From: a virus
Taxonomy: Duplodnaviria; Caudoviricetes
Virus record (IMG/VR): IMGVR_UViG_2636415849_000003
Span: 1-64,000 of that record
Length of the DNA stretch: 64,000 nucleotides
Reading direction: 5' to 3' (one strand)
Positions 19,481 to 30,316 of the stretch are shown piece after piece. Made by a program: the position numbers and the translations under genes. Each line of letters starts with the position of its first letter. Position 1 is the first letter of the stretch. The notes beneath the pieces are model-generated. The model did no database searches. It had not been told where the DNA came from and saw nothing but the letters and a program-made list of their open reading frames with translations.

Positions 19481-20353
19481 TCAGGATGGTTGGAGGTGAG
19501 AGAGAAGAGACGCAGAGAGGCTGGATGCCGCTCCCGTCGCAATTGCGGCTGATCGGCCGCGTTCGGTGGGATCACCCTCACCGCCGCCAGCGGGATCGCC
19601 CACGCTGGACTTGAATTCGCTGATGAGGCGCATTGCCTCGCTCTTGGGCATGCCGCTGTTGCGCAGCGCAGCCTCCAGCCGGCGCACAGCAGAGGCGCTC
19701 GCATTCGAGCTGCCCCGGCCCACCTGGTCGGATGCCAGTAGCTCATCGGCAAAGCCCTGCTCCACCGCAGCCGCGCCGCCAATCCAGGATTCCGAGTCCA
19801 TGAGCTTGGCGATGGCCTTGGTCTCCAGCCCGGTGCGCACGGCATAGATGTCGCCCATGGCGGCATCGAATGGCTCGAGCCAGGTCGCCAGCTCGCGCAG
19901 GTCGTTGCGGTTGCCCATAGCCACAACCCAGGCGTTGTGGATCATCAGGAAGCCGGCGCGCGCGATCTGCACCGTGTCGCCCGCCATGGCGATGACCGAG
20001 CCGGCAGACGCCGCCAGCCCCAACACCTTGACGTTGACTTCGCCCTCGTGCTCGCGCAGCAGGTTGTAAATGGCGAGGCCCTCGAACATGTCGCCGCCCG
20101 GGCTGTTGATGTTCACCGTCACCGGGCCTTTGCCAAGGCTACGTAGTGCGCCCGCCACGCGCTTGGCCGTCACACCCTCCCCCGTCCAAGGGTCGTAACC
20201 GATGGCGTCGTAGATGCTGATTGCCCGGTCTTCATCGCGATCTGCAGCGCGAATCTCGGGGTTCCAACGCTCCAGCGCGCGCGGCAGGATTTCACTGCGC
20301 ACGCTAGCGCTCGGGCGCACGATTGGTGCGCCCGGCAAATTCTTCATGCTCAT
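19481..20353 (-). CDS. ClpP-type (S14) prohead protease
   Basis: INSPGGD, GLAASAGSVIAMAGD and LMIHNAW motifs. Confidence 0.92.
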   Translation of the reverse strand: MSMKNLPGAPIVRPSASVRSEILPRALERWNPEIRAADRDEDRAISIYDAIGYDPWTGEGVTAKRVAGALRSLGKGPVTVNINSPGGDMFEGLAIYNLLREHEGEVNVKVLGLAASAGSVIAMAGDTVQIARAGFLMIHNAWVVAMGNRNDLRELATWLEPFDAAMGDIYAVRTGLETKAIAKLMDSESWIGGAAAVEQGFADELLASDQVGRGSSNASASAVRRLEAALRNSGMPKSEAMRLISEFKSSVGDPAGGGEGDPTERGRSAAIATGAASSLSASLLSHLQPS

Positions 20354-20356
20354 GAT

Positions 20357-21652
20357 TCAGCCTTTCTGCGGCTCTTCGGTGAAGCCCAACAGCGCGCGAA
20401 GCGCGGCGCGGGCCTGGTTTGTTTGTGCTGCCGAGGCGTCTTGCCCCAGGGAATCAAGCGTGGTCATGGCCGACTGAACCGTGAGAACTGCAGCATTGCC
20501 GCCCATCGGCTCGCGGTCTTCCAGTTCGCGAACCTCATCGCGGGTAAGGATCCCGTTGTTCACCATCGCGGCATAGAAGGCCGCGCGACCGGCGCTGTCG
20601 GCGCGCAGCAGGCCTTCTACAGAGAACTTGGCGTAGTAGCGCGAGCGCTCGGCCGGCGCCAGCAGGTCCGTATTGATCGCCTGCTCGATCCGCCTCAGCC
20701 AAGGGCCCAGGGTGAAGGTCAGGAAGCCGATCATCTGCTGCTCGATGCCCGTCCCCCAACTGGTGGACTTCTCGGTGTGACCCACCATCCAGGGGGGCAC
20801 ACGAAACCAGCGACAGATCGACTCCACCGAGAAGGACCGGGACTCGAGGAGCTGGGCATCCGATGGCTTGATGCCAACGGTCCCGACGTCCGTGCCGCCT
20901 TCCAGAAGCGGGGTCTCCCCCCGCTCGACGGAGCCGGCGATTTCCTCCTTGAACATCTTGCGCTGATCAGGCTTCAGAAATGCCGCAACCTTGTAGTAGA
21001 CCGTCGGCAGCATGCCATTGCGGAATGTCCGTGCCGCTGACCGCTCAGCCGCCATTGCAGCCCCGAAGACCTTGGCGCCGTAGGCGATCACCGAGACACC
21101 TGTCTCGCCGTCCAGGGTGAATCCTGGGATATTCCAGATCCTGTTAGACGGAATCTGTCGCATTACACCGTCAGCCCGAGGGTACTGGTAGATCTTGTGG
21201 CCGTTCGCGTCTCGCGTGATCACCATCTTGTTCGGATCCAGAAAGGCCAAGCCCACCAGCTTGTCGCCCACGTAGAGCTTTTCGGCGCGGCCATTTCCCC
21301 GCAGCAACATCGATGCAACCAGCGCCTCCCAGAATACCGAGGCCGTAGAGTCAGCATTGGGCTGGTCGTGGATAACGAAGTGCAGAGGGTGGTGGCTGGC
21401 CAGGCGCTTTCCGGAGGAGGTGCGCTCATTGATCGAAAGAGGCAGCGTCGCGATGGTCTCCGAAATGAGGCGAACGCAGCTCCAGACAGCATCCACCTGC
21501 ATGACACCTTTCGGCGTCACGTCCACGCCCGCTTCACTGGCCATCTCCCGATCTATGTAGAGGTCCTTGTCCCGAAGACTGAAGGACCGCACCCAGCCGT
21601 CGATGGCCGCGCGCACGCGACCCACAAGGCTCGGTTTCTTCTGTGTGTTCAT
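20357..21652 (-). CDS. portal protein, HK97 family
   Basis: [25 protein letters not shown] and [10 protein letters not shown] motifs. Confidence 0.93.
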   Translation of the reverse strand: MNTQKKPSLVGRVRAAIDGWVRSFSLRDKDLYIDREMASEAGVDVTPKGVMQVDAVWSCVRLISETIATLPLSINERTSSGKRLASHHPLHFVIHDQPNADSTASVFWEALVASMLLRGNGRAEKLYVGDKLVGLAFLDPNKMVITRDANGHKIYQYPRADGVMRQIPSNRIWNIPGFTLDGETGVSVIAYGAKVFGAAMAAERSAARTFRNGMLPTVYYKVAAFLKPDQRKMFKEEIAGSVERGETPLLEGGTDVGTVGIKPSDAQLLESRSFSVESICRWFRVPPWMVGHTEKSTSWGTGIEQQMIGFLTFTLGPWLRRIEQAINTDLLAPAERSRYYAKFSVEGLLRADSAGRAAFYAAMVNNGILTRDEVRELEDREPMGGNAAVLTVQSAMTTLDSLGQDASAAQTNQARAALRALLGFTEEPQKG

Positions 21653-23373
21653 GCCTTGCCCGTCCGTATTGGGTTACTCAGCCAGTCGTCCATGTCGCCT
21701 TCGCCGTCTGGCGGCATCAGCACGCGGCCAACAGCCATGATCAGAGATACCGCGCCGTCGATCTTGTTGTCATTGCCCTGCTTGATTGGCCGCACTACAT
21801 CGTCATTGCCCGGCAGGGTTTTGCCGATCACGTTCGCAACGCACCAGGTCATGATCGGGTTGCCGTCATGATGGAAGCGCCCCGAGGCGATAGCCGCCTC
21901 GATCTCCTTCATCGGGTCGCTCATGTTGGTGTAGTTCTGGGTGATCGTGATCGGCGTCAAGCCTTCGTCGTCCAATTGGTGCGCCAGGTTTGTGGCGCCA
22001 TGCGGGTCGATCGGCGACGACTGCACGGGGTTCAAATGGTTGGCCTCCTTGGCCTCTTCCAGGATCTCCCGGTAATCGATCTCCGCCCCATCGGTCTGCA
22101 CAAGCAGGCCCGCGTTTACCCACTTCTGGTACCGCTCGGCCATGCGTCGGTTGTCGTGATTGGCCACAGTGTCCTCAGGCACCCAAAATCGAGGCGCCAC
22201 ACTGTAGTAGTGCCGCTTCCCGTCGATGTCCCGCCAGAACAGGCGCGCCATGCTATTCATGTCCAACTTGCGTGCCAAGTCGAATGCCAGCACGCACGGT
22301 TGGCCCTCGAACTGCTCCAGCGTCAGGGTGACGTCCTTCAGCGCCTCCCACTGGGCGACGTTGAAAAAGCCGGCCTTGGCCGTCACCCACACGCCCAGGT
22401 GCTTGGTCTTGAACGTGTTGGTGAAGCGCGCCTGCTGAACAGCGCGGCGCTGCTGGCTTTCCAGATACTCCTGATAGACCGAAACACCGATGTTCGGATT
22501 AGCCTTGGCCAGGACGGCCGGGTCTTTCCAGTCGTCACCCTCGTCAATGGTCCACACCCAGCCGAACAGCTCCTCATTCGGGACAGTGCCCTCGAGCATT
22601 TCCAGAACTTCGCGGCGCTTGTCATAGCACGGCCCTTCGATATTGAAGCCGGCCGTGGTGATCATGAACATCAGCGGCTGCTTACGGGCACCCATGCCGG
22701 TCAGCATGGTGGTGTAGAGCGCGTCCGAGTCATGCTCGTGATACTCATCAACGATGGAGCAAGACGGGCTCGCGCCATCACCCGGGTTGCCGATCAACGG
22801 CTCGAATCGGCTTCCATCGGCTGGCCTGTTCAGGTTCGAGGCGTTGACCTCGATGCCCGCAGCCTCGACCAACATCGGTGAGCGCTTGACCATCAGCCGA
22901 GCAGGTCGGAACACTTCCCACGCCTGCTTCTCCGTTGTGGCTCCCGAATAGACCTCGGCGCCGAACTCATCGTCCAGGCAGAACATCGCCAGGCCAACGC
23001 CGGCGGCGATCACCGACTTCCCATTCTTGCGATTTACCTCCCAGTAGCTCTCTCGGAAGCGACGCATCTTGTCGCGCTTGCGCTTCCAGCCAAAGGTGCA
23101 GGCCAGGCCGAACTTCTGCCAGGGCTCCAGCGTCACCAGCTGACGCTTGAATGCCCACTCACCTTTTGTGTGCGGCAGCAACTCGATCAAGGCGATCTTT
23201 CGCTGAGCCTCCTTTGGGTCGAAGAAGTACGGCCAGTCATCGTCCTTGGCGCGATCGAGATCGTCCAGATGCCGCTGGCAGGCGAGAATCACATACCGGC
23301 ACGCGGGAATCTTTCCCTTAACCACGTCCTTGGCGAACTTCAGCGCGGCGTCGACAGCAGGATACTTAGCCAT
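21649..23373 (-). CDS. terminase large subunit
   Basis: Walker A RKNGKS, Walker B IVDEYH, ITTAG and KIDGAVS motifs. Confidence 0.95.
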   Translation of the reverse strand: MAKYPAVDAALKFAKDVVKGKIPACRYVILACQRHLDDLDRAKDDDWPYFFDPKEAQRKIALIELLPHTKGEWAFKRQLVTLEPWQKFGLACTFGWKRKRDKMRRFRESYWEVNRKNGKSVIAAGVGLAMFCLDDEFGAEVYSGATTEKQAWEVFRPARLMVKRSPMLVEAAGIEVNASNLNRPADGSRFEPLIGNPGDGASPSCSIVDEYHEHDSDALYTTMLTGMGARKQPLMFMITTAGFNIEGPCYDKRREVLEMLEGTVPNEELFGWVWTIDEGDDWKDPAVLAKANPNIGVSVYQEYLESQQRRAVQQARFTNTFKTKHLGVWVTAKAGFFNVAQWEALKDVTLTLEQFEGQPCVLAFDLARKLDMNSMARLFWRDIDGKRHYYSVAPRFWVPEDTVANHDNRRMAERYQKWVNAGLLVQTDGAEIDYREILEEAKEANHLNPVQSSPIDPHGATNLAHQLDDEGLTPITITQNYTNMSDPMKEIEAAIASGRFHHDGNPIMTWCVANVIGKTLPGNDDVVRPIKQGNDNKIDGAVSLIMAVGRVLMPPDGEGDMDDWLSNPIRTGKA

Positions 23374-23845
23374 TCATCAACACGGCAAACGGATTGCCGC
23401 CCCCTTCTGGCTTCTTGCCCGTGATTCGCTGCCGGCTCGATGGATCCAGCCCCAGCATCCCGCCGTAGGTGGCCATCATCGCGGTCGCCTCTTTGAGCGC
23501 CGTGAGCGCTGGATTCTTGACGACGCCGCCCGTGGCGCCTGCGACGGTTACGCCGTTGTTCTTCACATCGACCTGGGCCATGCGGAACTGGTCGTAGGCG
23601 TTGCAGTAAACCTCGAGGTTCTGCACGTCGGTCGCCTCGAGAACGCGCTCCCTGCACAGAAGCGGTGCCAACGTCTCCCACAGGACGCGGCCGTCATCGC
23701 CCATCCAGATCGGGCAATCGATATTGCGAACCAGACCAAAGTCCGGCTCTGACTTGTTTAGCGCCCGCTTCCCAGGGTTCCCGGCCAGCTCTTTCTTGGC
23801 CGTGGGTTTCGGGCGACGGCCAGAGCGCCCAGCAGCACCTGCCAT
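23366..23845 (-). CDS. terminase small subunit (P27 family)
   Basis: [21 protein letters not shown] and [11 protein letters not shown] motifs. Confidence 0.9.
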   Translation of the reverse strand: MAGAAGRSGRRPKPTAKKELAGNPGKRALNKSEPDFGLVRNIDCPIWMGDDGRVLWETLAPLLCRERVLEATDVQNLEVYCNAYDQFRMAQVDVKNNGVTVAGATGGVVKNPALTALKEATAMMATYGGMLGLDPSSRQRITGKKPEGGGNPFAVLMNG

Positions 23846-23859
23846 CGGGCCTCCGGTTT

Positions 23860-23950
23860 AAATTTCATTTTTCGCGGGCGTAAAAATTTGACTAGGGGCG
23901 CGGCTGATTCCCGATAGGGGCCTGGACTTTCGCCCCACCCCTCCCCTTGG
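23860..23950 (-). other. putative cos region
   Basis: Non-coding gap between HNH and terS, the usual cos position in HK97-like phages. GC-rich core GCGCCCCTA at 23893-23901 (minus). Exact overhang not determined. Confidence 0.45.
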
Positions 23951-24021
23951 GCCTCAAAATGTCGTTTTTTTGACACAAACAGCCATTTTTGCTCAAAAAT
24001 GAGGCAATTTCGGCCAGTAGC

Positions 24022-24390
24022 CTAGGGCTTACCCTTTGCTGACCGTTCCTCTCGCTGCTTTTCGCTGTTGTGGCACGAGAGGCACAGGGACTGAAAAGGT
24101 CCCGTCCAGAACATCTCCGGGTCGCCGCGGTGCGGCGTGATGTGGTCGCACACCACAGCCTCTTCCACCTTCCCGCTCCTCATGCAGTAGGCGCACAAGG
24201 GCTCCGCCGCGAGTTGCCGCTTGCGCAGGGCCCGCCACTTCGTCGTGGTGTACCAGGCGCTGAACTGCCCAGCACTCCCGCGCTTGGCCTGCTGAGCCTG
24301 CTCCTGATGCTGGTCACAGTAGCCGTTGGCATTGCGGTGGATGGCGTTGCAGCCCCGGTGCCGGCACGGACGGTTAGGGCGCTGAGGCAT
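24022..24390 (-). CDS. HNH endonuclease (terminase-associated)
   Basis: PLCAYC...VCDHITPH...QSLCLSCHNSEKQ; adjacent to terS. Confidence 0.9.
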   Translation of the reverse strand: MPQRPNRPCRHRGCNAIHRNANGYCDQHQEQAQQAKRGSAGQFSAWYTTTKWRALRKRQLAAEPLCAYCMRSGKVEEAVVCDHITPHRGDPEMFWTGPFQSLCLSCHNSEKQREERSAKGKP

Positions 24391-24601
24391 TACTCACCTC
24401 ACCTGGACGCTGCAGCGCCTTTGCAATACACATGGCTGACTGCCCCATATCCGATTCGACCGCACACCGTACTGCTATCGGGTCGGCTCCCGCTTTGACA
24501 GCCTCGATGATCAGTGCGTGGCGATTCATGGTGCATGCCACAGGCGAAGCGACGACAGCGGCCAAGAGCATGAAGCCGGCGATGTTCACTACTGCATCCA
24601 T
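24374..24601 (-). CDS. hypothetical membrane protein
   Basis: 75 aa with an N-terminal hydrophobic helix, in the late operon. Confidence 0.55.
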   Translation of the reverse strand: MDAVVNIAGFMLLAAVVASPVACTMNRHALIIEAVKAGADPIAVRCAVESDMGQSAMCIAKALQRPGEVSNASAP

Positions 24602-24637
24602 ATTTTCCGTTTCCTGTATAGCTGCCGCCACCGAGAT

Positions 24638-24955
24638 CTAGCGACCCTGGCGCTGCAACCCGTAGGCGCGATGCATCGCGTCTGCAACTGGGCCGCCATC
24701 ACGGATATCGGATTCGATCAACAGCGCGACTTTGGAGGCCTGTTGCTGCTGGCCTCGCTCAGGCTGAAGCACCTCAACATCCAAGCCGCCGTCCAGCACC
24801 ACTGCCTTCACACCTTCAGGGAGGAGTGCTTCCATCCGCTGCATAAGCGCATCCACCGCGCGTTTCGACATCACCTGCTGGCACTTGATAACCAATATGT
24901 CACCAGACTGCAGGTTGGCCACCTTCACGCTATCAAATACAGAGCTAGCCAGCAT
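24638..24955 (-). CDS. hypothetical protein
   Basis: GGGAG RBS; 105 aa; co-oriented with the late genes. Confidence 0.6.
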   Translation of the reverse strand: MLASSVFDSVKVANLQSGDILVIKCQQVMSKRAVDALMQRMEALLPEGVKAVVLDGGLDVEVLQPERGQQQQASKVALLIESDIRDGGPVADAMHRAYGLQRQGR

Positions 24956-25193
24956 GGAGTCTCCCGTAACAGTGAAACAGGCAGGGCATTAGCTCCAGCC
25001 CCTTGATGACATAGACAGAACGGAATCGAATGCGCCTGCCTGCTATGCGCCCCTGGGCATCAAGGCGGATCGGGTTGTCGTGCACCTTGATCCAGCCGCC
25101 TGAGGTGCTGACCTCCAGCACGCGGGCAAAGCGCTCTCCGGTGTCCACATCAATGACCGTTGCACCCCGTGCGTTCTCTGCTGTGTAGAGCAC
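24945..25193 (-). CDS. hypothetical protein
   Basis: GAGGAG RBS, GTG start, 82 aa. Confidence 0.6.
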   Translation of the reverse strand: MLYTAENARGATVIDVDTGERFARVLEVSTSGGWIKVHDNPIRLDAQGRIAGRRIRFRSVYVIKGLELMPCLFHCYGRLHAG

Positions 25194-25332
25194 TTCGCTC
25201 TCCTCGGGATAGGTGCCGCCACCGAGTGATCCGCCCCTACTGCAATGTGCGTGATCGTCGGGCGTGCTCGGTGGCAGCGAACCGGGAATAAAAAAGCCAC
25301 CAAGTGGCGGCTTTAAAATCTAATTCGGCAGA

Positions 25333-25542
25333 TCAGCTAAATGTTGACGCACGCAAGCTTAGAGGTCCATTCAACTCAACAAGGGCCCTATTACCGAATC
25401 GCGCCAGCTCAGCTTCAACAGCCTGCTTGACGTCCGCTTCGCGCCCCTCAAACTCAGGCGCAATAGTCAGCGTCATCTCAGTGTTGAACAGCATGCGGCC
25501 AATGACGGCGGACAACTCAGCCGCCTCTTTCTGAATACTCAT
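25333..25542 (-). CDS. hypothetical protein
   Basis: GGAGG RBS; 69 aa between two hairpins. Confidence 0.5.
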   Translation of the reverse strand: MSIQKEAAELSAVIGRMLFNTEMTLTIAPEFEGREADVKQAVEAELARFGNRALVELNGPLSLRASTFS

Positions 25543-25579
25543 GGAATCCCTCCAAAAGGGATCCAGCCTAACAGCCAAC

Positions 25580-25614
25580 AAAAAAGCCCGCTCGAGAACT
25601 CGGCGGGCTTTTCT
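25580..25614 (-). terminator. tR'-like terminator after the late promoter
   Basis: AAAAGCCCGC...GCGGGCTTTT stem. Confidence 0.7.
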
Positions 25615-25720
25615 TTGGTCGCACGTCTCCGTCTCAAGCTACCTGCACCGCTACGGGCTGCATGCAGGGCATTGGACGGCGACGACTGGTGGCAAGATTT
25701 TTCTTGCGACCGACAACGCA

Positions 25721-25748
25721 ATTCTAAAGACAGGTGACTCAGTGTCAA
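25721..25748 (-). promoter_or_regulatory. late promoter (pR'-like)
   Basis: TTGACA-16 nt-TAGAAT on the minus strand, overlapping the stop of the Q-like gene. Confidence 0.7.
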
Positions 25749-26404
25749 GCCCTGCCATGCAGCCGGGAGCGAATGCCCTGCCGAGCACGACCCACACAGT
25801 CTTCCATATAGGTGAGGAGCTTTCGCCCATGCTCACCGCCTGGGACCTTGCCATGACCTGAGCCACTGCAAGACCTGCAGGCGACAGACGACAACTCCCC
25901 AGCTCGCGGCGACAGCTGGAACTTGCGGCCACTGCATGCGGCACATACTGGCTTGAGCCAATGCAAGAGCACGGCAGAGCAAACGAATTCCGTCTCTGGG
26001 CATTGATCCAGGGCGGCAGTCAGCTGCAGGTGCAAACGCACCTCGGGGAGCATCTTGAGCATGCGCATGGTCTCCTTGAGCTCAGCAACAAACCCGTCTT
26101 CAAGGCGCTTGCGTGCAGCGTCTGAGTGCTCCTTCTCCACCTGCTTAGATTGCTTTGCCGTAGCGATGTCCCGAGCCAGTTGCGCAATCTGCTTGCGGGT
26201 CGCCTGCCGAGGGATCTGGCAACCGCGGCGCTCTGCCGCATCCCACTCGCTGTGCAGCCGCATCAATGCAGCGCCGAAGCGCGACTTACTCCAGCCGGCG
26301 GCAATCAAGTAGTCGGCATCACCTTGCAGCCCCGCCTCTACTCGCAGGCTGCTTGATTGGGTCGCGCTGGCGTAACGTTCCTGAGTCGTTGGTGTATCAG
26401 TCAT
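25745..26404 (-). CDS. late antiterminator Q-like protein
   Basis: CAACSG...CRSCSGSG zinc finger; last early gene, immediately before the pR'-like promoter and terminator. Confidence 0.7.
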   Translation of the reverse strand: MTDTPTTQERYASATQSSSLRVEAGLQGDADYLIAAGWSKSRFGAALMRLHSEWDAAERRGCQIPRQATRKQIAQLARDIATAKQSKQVEKEHSDAARKRLEDGFVAELKETMRMLKMLPEVRLHLQLTAALDQCPETEFVCSAVLLHWLKPVCAACSGRKFQLSPRAGELSSVACRSCSGSGHGKVPGGEHGRKLLTYMEDCVGRARQGIRSRLHGRA

Positions 26405-26418
26405 CTTGTCCTCTTTCT

Positions 26419-26679
26419 TCAATTGCCCATCAAGCGCCGCACGGTCACGTTCAGCGCGTCCAGTTCGCTCATCTTTTTGATTGCCCACATCCGGCGTTGG
26501 CCATGCCAGCCCATCAACGGGCCACGGTGGCAGCTCTCGCACAAGGCCACTGCCGTGTATTGCTGGCGCTGCTCGATGTGATGCGCCTCGCTAGGGCCGG
26601 TCTGGTCGCAGACACTGCAGGGCAGTTCCTTGACGGCAGCCAGGTGAGCGCGCTCTTTTTCATTCAGCCTATTGAGCAT
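26419..26679 (-). CDS. small Zn-binding HNH-like nin-region protein
   Basis: LPCSVC...EAHH...LCESCH.G..G.H motif. Confidence 0.7.
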   Translation of the reverse strand: MLNRLNEKERAHLAAVKELPCSVCDQTGPSEAHHIEQRQQYTAVALCESCHRGPLMGWHGQRRMWAIKKMSELDALNVTVRRLMGN

Positions 26680-26914
26680 CACTGCCCTCCTGCGGCTTTT
26701 CGCCGTACTGCAACTCCAGCGCCAGCTGCGCGTAATGGATCACCTTGCGCAAATCCTCGGCCCCGTTCTTGGCCTTGTGCCGGGTCGCGTACTTGATGAT
26801 GTTGCCTTGGAAGAAGTCCAGGCCATTGGCGTGAATGAACTCAATGGGCTGGATCTTGCAGTCCTTGTAATGGCTGCCACCGGCCTGGGTGTCGAGTGCG
26901 CTTGTCACCGCCAT
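26669..26914 (-). CDS. DUF3310/SaV-like protein
   Basis: GGSHYK..IQPIEFI...FFQGNIIKY..R...KNG.EDLRK motif. Confidence 0.85.
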   Translation of the reverse strand: MAVTSALDTQAGGSHYKDCKIQPIEFIHANGLDFFQGNIIKYATRHKAKNGAEDLRKVIHYAQLALELQYGEKPQEGSDAQ

Positions 26915-27162
26915 GCGCGCCCCCTGTCCTCTACCGCCACCAGACTGCCGTAGTCGTCGACCACGCAGACAGTGCTGCTGCCCACCTGCACCCGGTTGCA
27001 GCAGCGGTTCTCCATCCAGCGCTCGATCAGGTAGCGGCCATCCCTCAGCCGCTCATAGGTCGGCCACACCAGCCGCGTGATGCGCGATGTGCTGGGCGGC
27101 TTGCGCAGGCCAGCCAGCGGCACGACCTTGCCAAAGAATGTGGGGTTCAATGCCTGGGTCAT
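26905..27162 (-). CDS. hypothetical protein
   Basis: Translationally coupled ORF in the nin region. Confidence 0.55.
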   Translation of the reverse strand: MTQALNPTFFGKVVPLAGLRKPPSTSRITRLVWPTYERLRDGRYLIERWMENRCCNRVQVGSSTVCVVDDYGSLVAVEDRGRAWR

Positions 27163-27554
27163 TTTTTGACCACCGTTACATCCAGGCCCAGCAGAGCCTT
27201 CATCAGGTGGCGCTTGATCTTGAATTCAGGGGTCTCCACGCCCTTCACATCCTCGATCACTTCAATGCCCTTCTCCAGGTACACGAAGTCAGCGATGTAG
27301 CGAATGGCGGGGCGTGCGCGCGCAGCGCCAGCAAACTTGACCGATGGGACCATCTCGAACACCACCTGCCTGCGCAGATCGCTGATATGGCCGCCGCGCT
27401 GCAGCATTTGCAGGTGGGACCATCGATTCAGCTCGGCCAAGCTGTCGAATTTGGTGCCATCCCCCGCCACGATCTTCTTGTTTCGGTACTTGGAGCCCGA
27501 TGCATTCGGAACCAGCTTCAACGCATAGCCTGTCAATTTCATTGCCTTGCTCAT
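27159..27554 (-). CDS. DUF1064 family endonuclease
   Basis: SKYRNKK...FDS..E, YIADFVY and IEDVKG motifs. Confidence 0.88.
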   Translation of the reverse strand: MSKAMKLTGYALKLVPNASGSKYRNKKIVAGDGTKFDSLAELNRWSHLQMLQRGGHISDLRRQVVFEMVPSVKFAGAARARPAIRYIADFVYLEKGIEVIEDVKGVETPEFKIKRHLMKALLGLDVTVVKK

Positions 27555-28117
27555 GCAGCCGCACCCCGCTGGTTCATGCCCAGGGTCTCCATGGCGGCCA
27601 TGCGCGTGTGGCGCGTTACCGTCTGATCACCATGATTGATACGCGCAACGATCTTTCGAGCCCAGTCCTTGTCGTCGCCCTTGAGCTCGAACGGTACGTC
27701 CAGCAGGCGCTCCACCTTGGGCGCAGGCAGCGCCAGCAGGCCGCTCTCTTCAAAGTAGGTCTTACGGGGCGTCAGGGCCTCGCAGACCTTTTCAAACTGG
27801 GGGAGGCTCGGCGGAAACTCCGGGCATTCGCGCTTGATGTTCTGGAAAGCTGCCTCGATCACGTCATCCGTGAACTTCGCCAAGTCCGCATCCCAAACCA
27901 GCTGCGCAGCCCGCACCCCTTTGTCCTCACGGCGTTCGTTCAGCTCGCCGCTGCTGAACTTGGCCAGGAATGCTGTGCCGTAGGCGCCCTGCAGCACCAC
28001 AAACAGCTTGCGGATGCGCTGCGATGCTTCGGGGCGCGGCGCCAGATGGCCTTGCTGCTGTCCGGCGCTGTGCACGGCACGAGATGCCAGGCTGGAGATT
28101 TCGTGGCTGCTTCTCAT
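27551..28117 (-). CDS. replication protein P-like (helicase loader)
   Basis: FPPSLPQF motif; coupled downstream of the initiator. Confidence 0.65.
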   Translation of the reverse strand: MRSSHEISSLASRAVHSAGQQQGHLAPRPEASQRIRKLFVVLQGAYGTAFLAKFSSGELNERREDKGVRAAQLVWDADLAKFTDDVIEAAFQNIKRECPEFPPSLPQFEKVCEALTPRKTYFEESGLLALPAPKVERLLDVPFELKGDDKDWARKIVARINHGDQTVTRHTRMAAMETLGMNQRGAAA

Positions 28118-28965
28118 AGCTCAATCCCTTCAAAGATGGCCTTGCCGGCGCCGGCGTATTTGCCGGCTGCTGCGGACGCAGGAGCCATGGATGGACGGCG
28201 CGCTGCGGGCATTTCGGTAGCGCGGCGAATCCAGTTGCGCCAGGTAGCGCCCCAGTCGGCCTTGCGTCCGTCCTTGCCGGCCTTGGCGCGCCAGTGGTCG
28301 GCAAACATCGCAGCCTGGCGGCGCACCTCTTCCTCGGTCAAGCCGGCATGTTCGGCAATGGCCCAGTCACCCCAGCTCTTGGGCAGCTTCCAGTCTTCGG
28401 GCAAGCGTGTTCCTGTCGCAGTCCTACCCCTTCCCTTGGCCGCTTCTTGCTGAGCCGGAGGCGAAGTGTCACGGTCAGCAGCACCTACAGCCTTTGAATA
28501 GGTAACTGTCTCTTCTTTATCTGTATCTATATCTGTATCTGTACGCGTGACATCCGTACCTGTCACGCGTGACTTGTCCGTGACCTCATCGTGACCACCC
28601 TCTTCTCCCTCTGAAGCAGCGTCTTTTTTGCGCTGGCGCTGGCGGCGTTTGCGCTCTGCTGCAGTGGTGTCGGTATCACTGCGCATCTGCAAAGTGGCCC
28701 ACTTGGAGGGCTGCAGGGTGGCCTGTTCGATCAGCCCAACTTCTGCAAGGCGGCGGGCCACCTCTTCCAGGCTGCGCACATCCAGACCCAGCTTCACGGC
28801 CACCTTGCGCATCAGCAGCGCAGGTGCATCGCCCTTGTCCAGCAGACCCTCGCCCTTGAGGCACAGCAGGGCCACAAAGTGCCACCGGTCTTCAAAGGCC
28901 AGCAGCTTGAGCTTGTCGTCATCGACCATCCGTGTATAGGTGCGGAACCATGGGAGCTTGCTCAT
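28114..28965 (-). CDS. replication initiator (O-like)
   Basis: WFRTY N-terminus, AAERKRRQR, TDTDIDTD linker and C-terminal FADHW...DWGATWRNWIRR. Confidence 0.85.
   Translation of the reverse strand: MSKLPWFRTYTRMVDDDKLKLLAFEDRWHFVALLCLKGEGLLDKGDAPALLMRKVAVKLGLDVRSLEEVARRLAEVGLIEQATLQPSKWATLQMRSDTDTTAAERKRRQRQRKKDAASEGEEGGHDEVTDKSRVTGTDVTRTDTDIDTDKEETVTYSKAVGAADRDTSPPAQQEAAKGRGRTATGTRLPEDWKLPKSWGDWAIAEHAGLTEEEVRRQAAMFADHWRAKAGKDGRKADWGATWRNWIRRATEMPAARRPSMAPASAAAGKYAGAGKAIFEGIEL
28521..28595. repeat. putative replication origin iterons inside the initiator gene
   Basis: CGTGAC at 28546, 28568, 28579 and 28590 (multiples of 11 bp), next to an AT-richer TCTGTA/TCTATA repeat. Confidence 0.65.
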
Positions 28966-29693
28966 GCCGTCACCTCGCTGCTCATCTTCTCGCGCACCTG
29001 GTGCTGGCACCACAGGCCGGCAATCCACTCCACCCCCTTGGCGGTGAACTTGTAGTGGACGAAGGCGTGCGAGGTCTCGCCATGCTCAGCCGTGCCCGTC
29101 TTGGCTTCAAAGCGGCCGTTGTGCATATGCTCAGCACGCGGCGTCAGCGGCCCCTGTGGCGTGGTGCGGTACATCAGTCCGCGCTTCAGGAGGAAATCAG
29201 TGAATGCGTTCAGCTTGGCGCCGAGGAGCTTGCATACCTCACGAACACCCATGCTCCCAGTGCCTGGCTGCACGTAGCGATCGACAAATTCCGCCTTGGG
29301 CGCGACCAGCGCCAGCCGGGCCTCAGCCTCGATGCGGGCCTGCTCCGATGCCATGGCCAGCTTGAGAATGTCCATGCGCGTCATCTGTGCTGGCGCAGGC
29401 TGCTGGGCCTCCAGCTCCTGCCAGCGCTTGACCACCTTCATGCGCGCCACCGGGTCGTAGCCCAGCAGCAGAGTCAGGCTGGTGTCCTTGTCCAGCTCGT
29501 ATTGGGGATAGCTCTGCTCGTTCTCGCCCACGTAAGTGCTTGAAAAACAAACAGAACGCAATTCTGCGTTTTGCTGAAGCGCGTCCATCATGCTGCGGAT
29601 GTCGCGCATCACGTCGGCATGGCGCTTGCCCGTCAGCTCCGCAATGTCGCGGCTGCTCATGGTCAGGGCCGTGGGGGTGGTGATGGCGTTCAT
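28962..29693 (-). CDS. Rha-family / KilA-C antirepressor-like protein
   Basis: TMSSRDIAELTGKRHADVMRDIR (Rha-like) and APKAEFVDRY...FTAKGVEWI (ANT/KilA-C-like). Confidence 0.85.
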   Translation of the reverse strand: MNAITTPTALTMSSRDIAELTGKRHADVMRDIRSMMDALQQNAELRSVCFSSTYVGENEQSYPQYELDKDTSLTLLLGYDPVARMKVVKRWQELEAQQPAPAQMTRMDILKLAMASEQARIEAEARLALVAPKAEFVDRYVQPGTGSMGVREVCKLLGAKLNAFTDFLLKRGLMYRTTPQGPLTPRAEHMHNGRFEAKTGTAEHGETSHAFVHYKFTAKGVEWIAGLWCQHQVREKMSSEVTA

Positions 29694-30154
29694 TGAGCGC
29701 CTCCTCGGATGGACTGCAGCAACTCGGCCGTGCACTTCATCAGCGCCAACAGCAGAGGCTCAAGAGCGCGGCGGTCGTCTGCGCAAAAGTGGCCGTCCTG
29801 AGCTCGGGGAGAGCCTTCTGCCAGGGACTTGCTGGCAGTGCTGACCAGCTCCATAAACAGGCGAATGGAGTCAGAGGGGCTACGGTCCTCCATCTGGAAG
29901 TCCATAGGCACCTGCCCGACGAGATGGGCTAAAGCAAAGACCGCGCGGCGGGCCTGCGCCAGCACGATGATTTCCATCACAACACCAAATGAGGGCGGCG
30001 CCGCTTCATGGTCAGGGTTGATGCCGTTGGCCAGGGTATTGCCGTTCAGGCCGGCAATTTCTGCCAGCGCGCGAATGCCGCCTGGGTACTCCTTAGCGTC
30101 GGCCTGGAGCGCCAGAAACAGAGCGCGATGGGTTTGCTTAATGGTTCTACGCAT
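29690..30154 (-). CDS. CII-like regulatory protein
   Basis: YPGGIRALA...GNTLANGINP HTH; position after cro. Confidence 0.75.
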   Translation of the reverse strand: MRRTIKQTHRALFLALQADAKEYPGGIRALAEIAGLNGNTLANGINPDHEAAPPSFGVVMEIIVLAQARRAVFALAHLVGQVPMDFQMEDRSPSDSIRLFMELVSTASKSLAEGSPRAQDGHFCADDRRALEPLLLALMKCTAELLQSIRGGAQ

Positions 30155-30316
30155 AGCGAATGCCTCGTGAGATTCGCCTACCGCTGATGCGGCAGAGGTT
30201 GGACACTGGCTGCATGAAAACGAAAACAGGCCAGAAGAGAGGAAAAGGTGCCCGCCGCACCCTGGGCTATGCTGGGAGCTCCTACACAACCAGCGCCAGA
30301 GAGGGCGAACGACAAA

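Noticed and set aside
18331-19614. Long plus-strand ORFs opposite structural genes (also 58907-60955, 57019-58278 and 3175-4278)
   Set aside because: These are shadow ORFs caused by high-GC codon bias on the coding strand, with no motifs or RBS.
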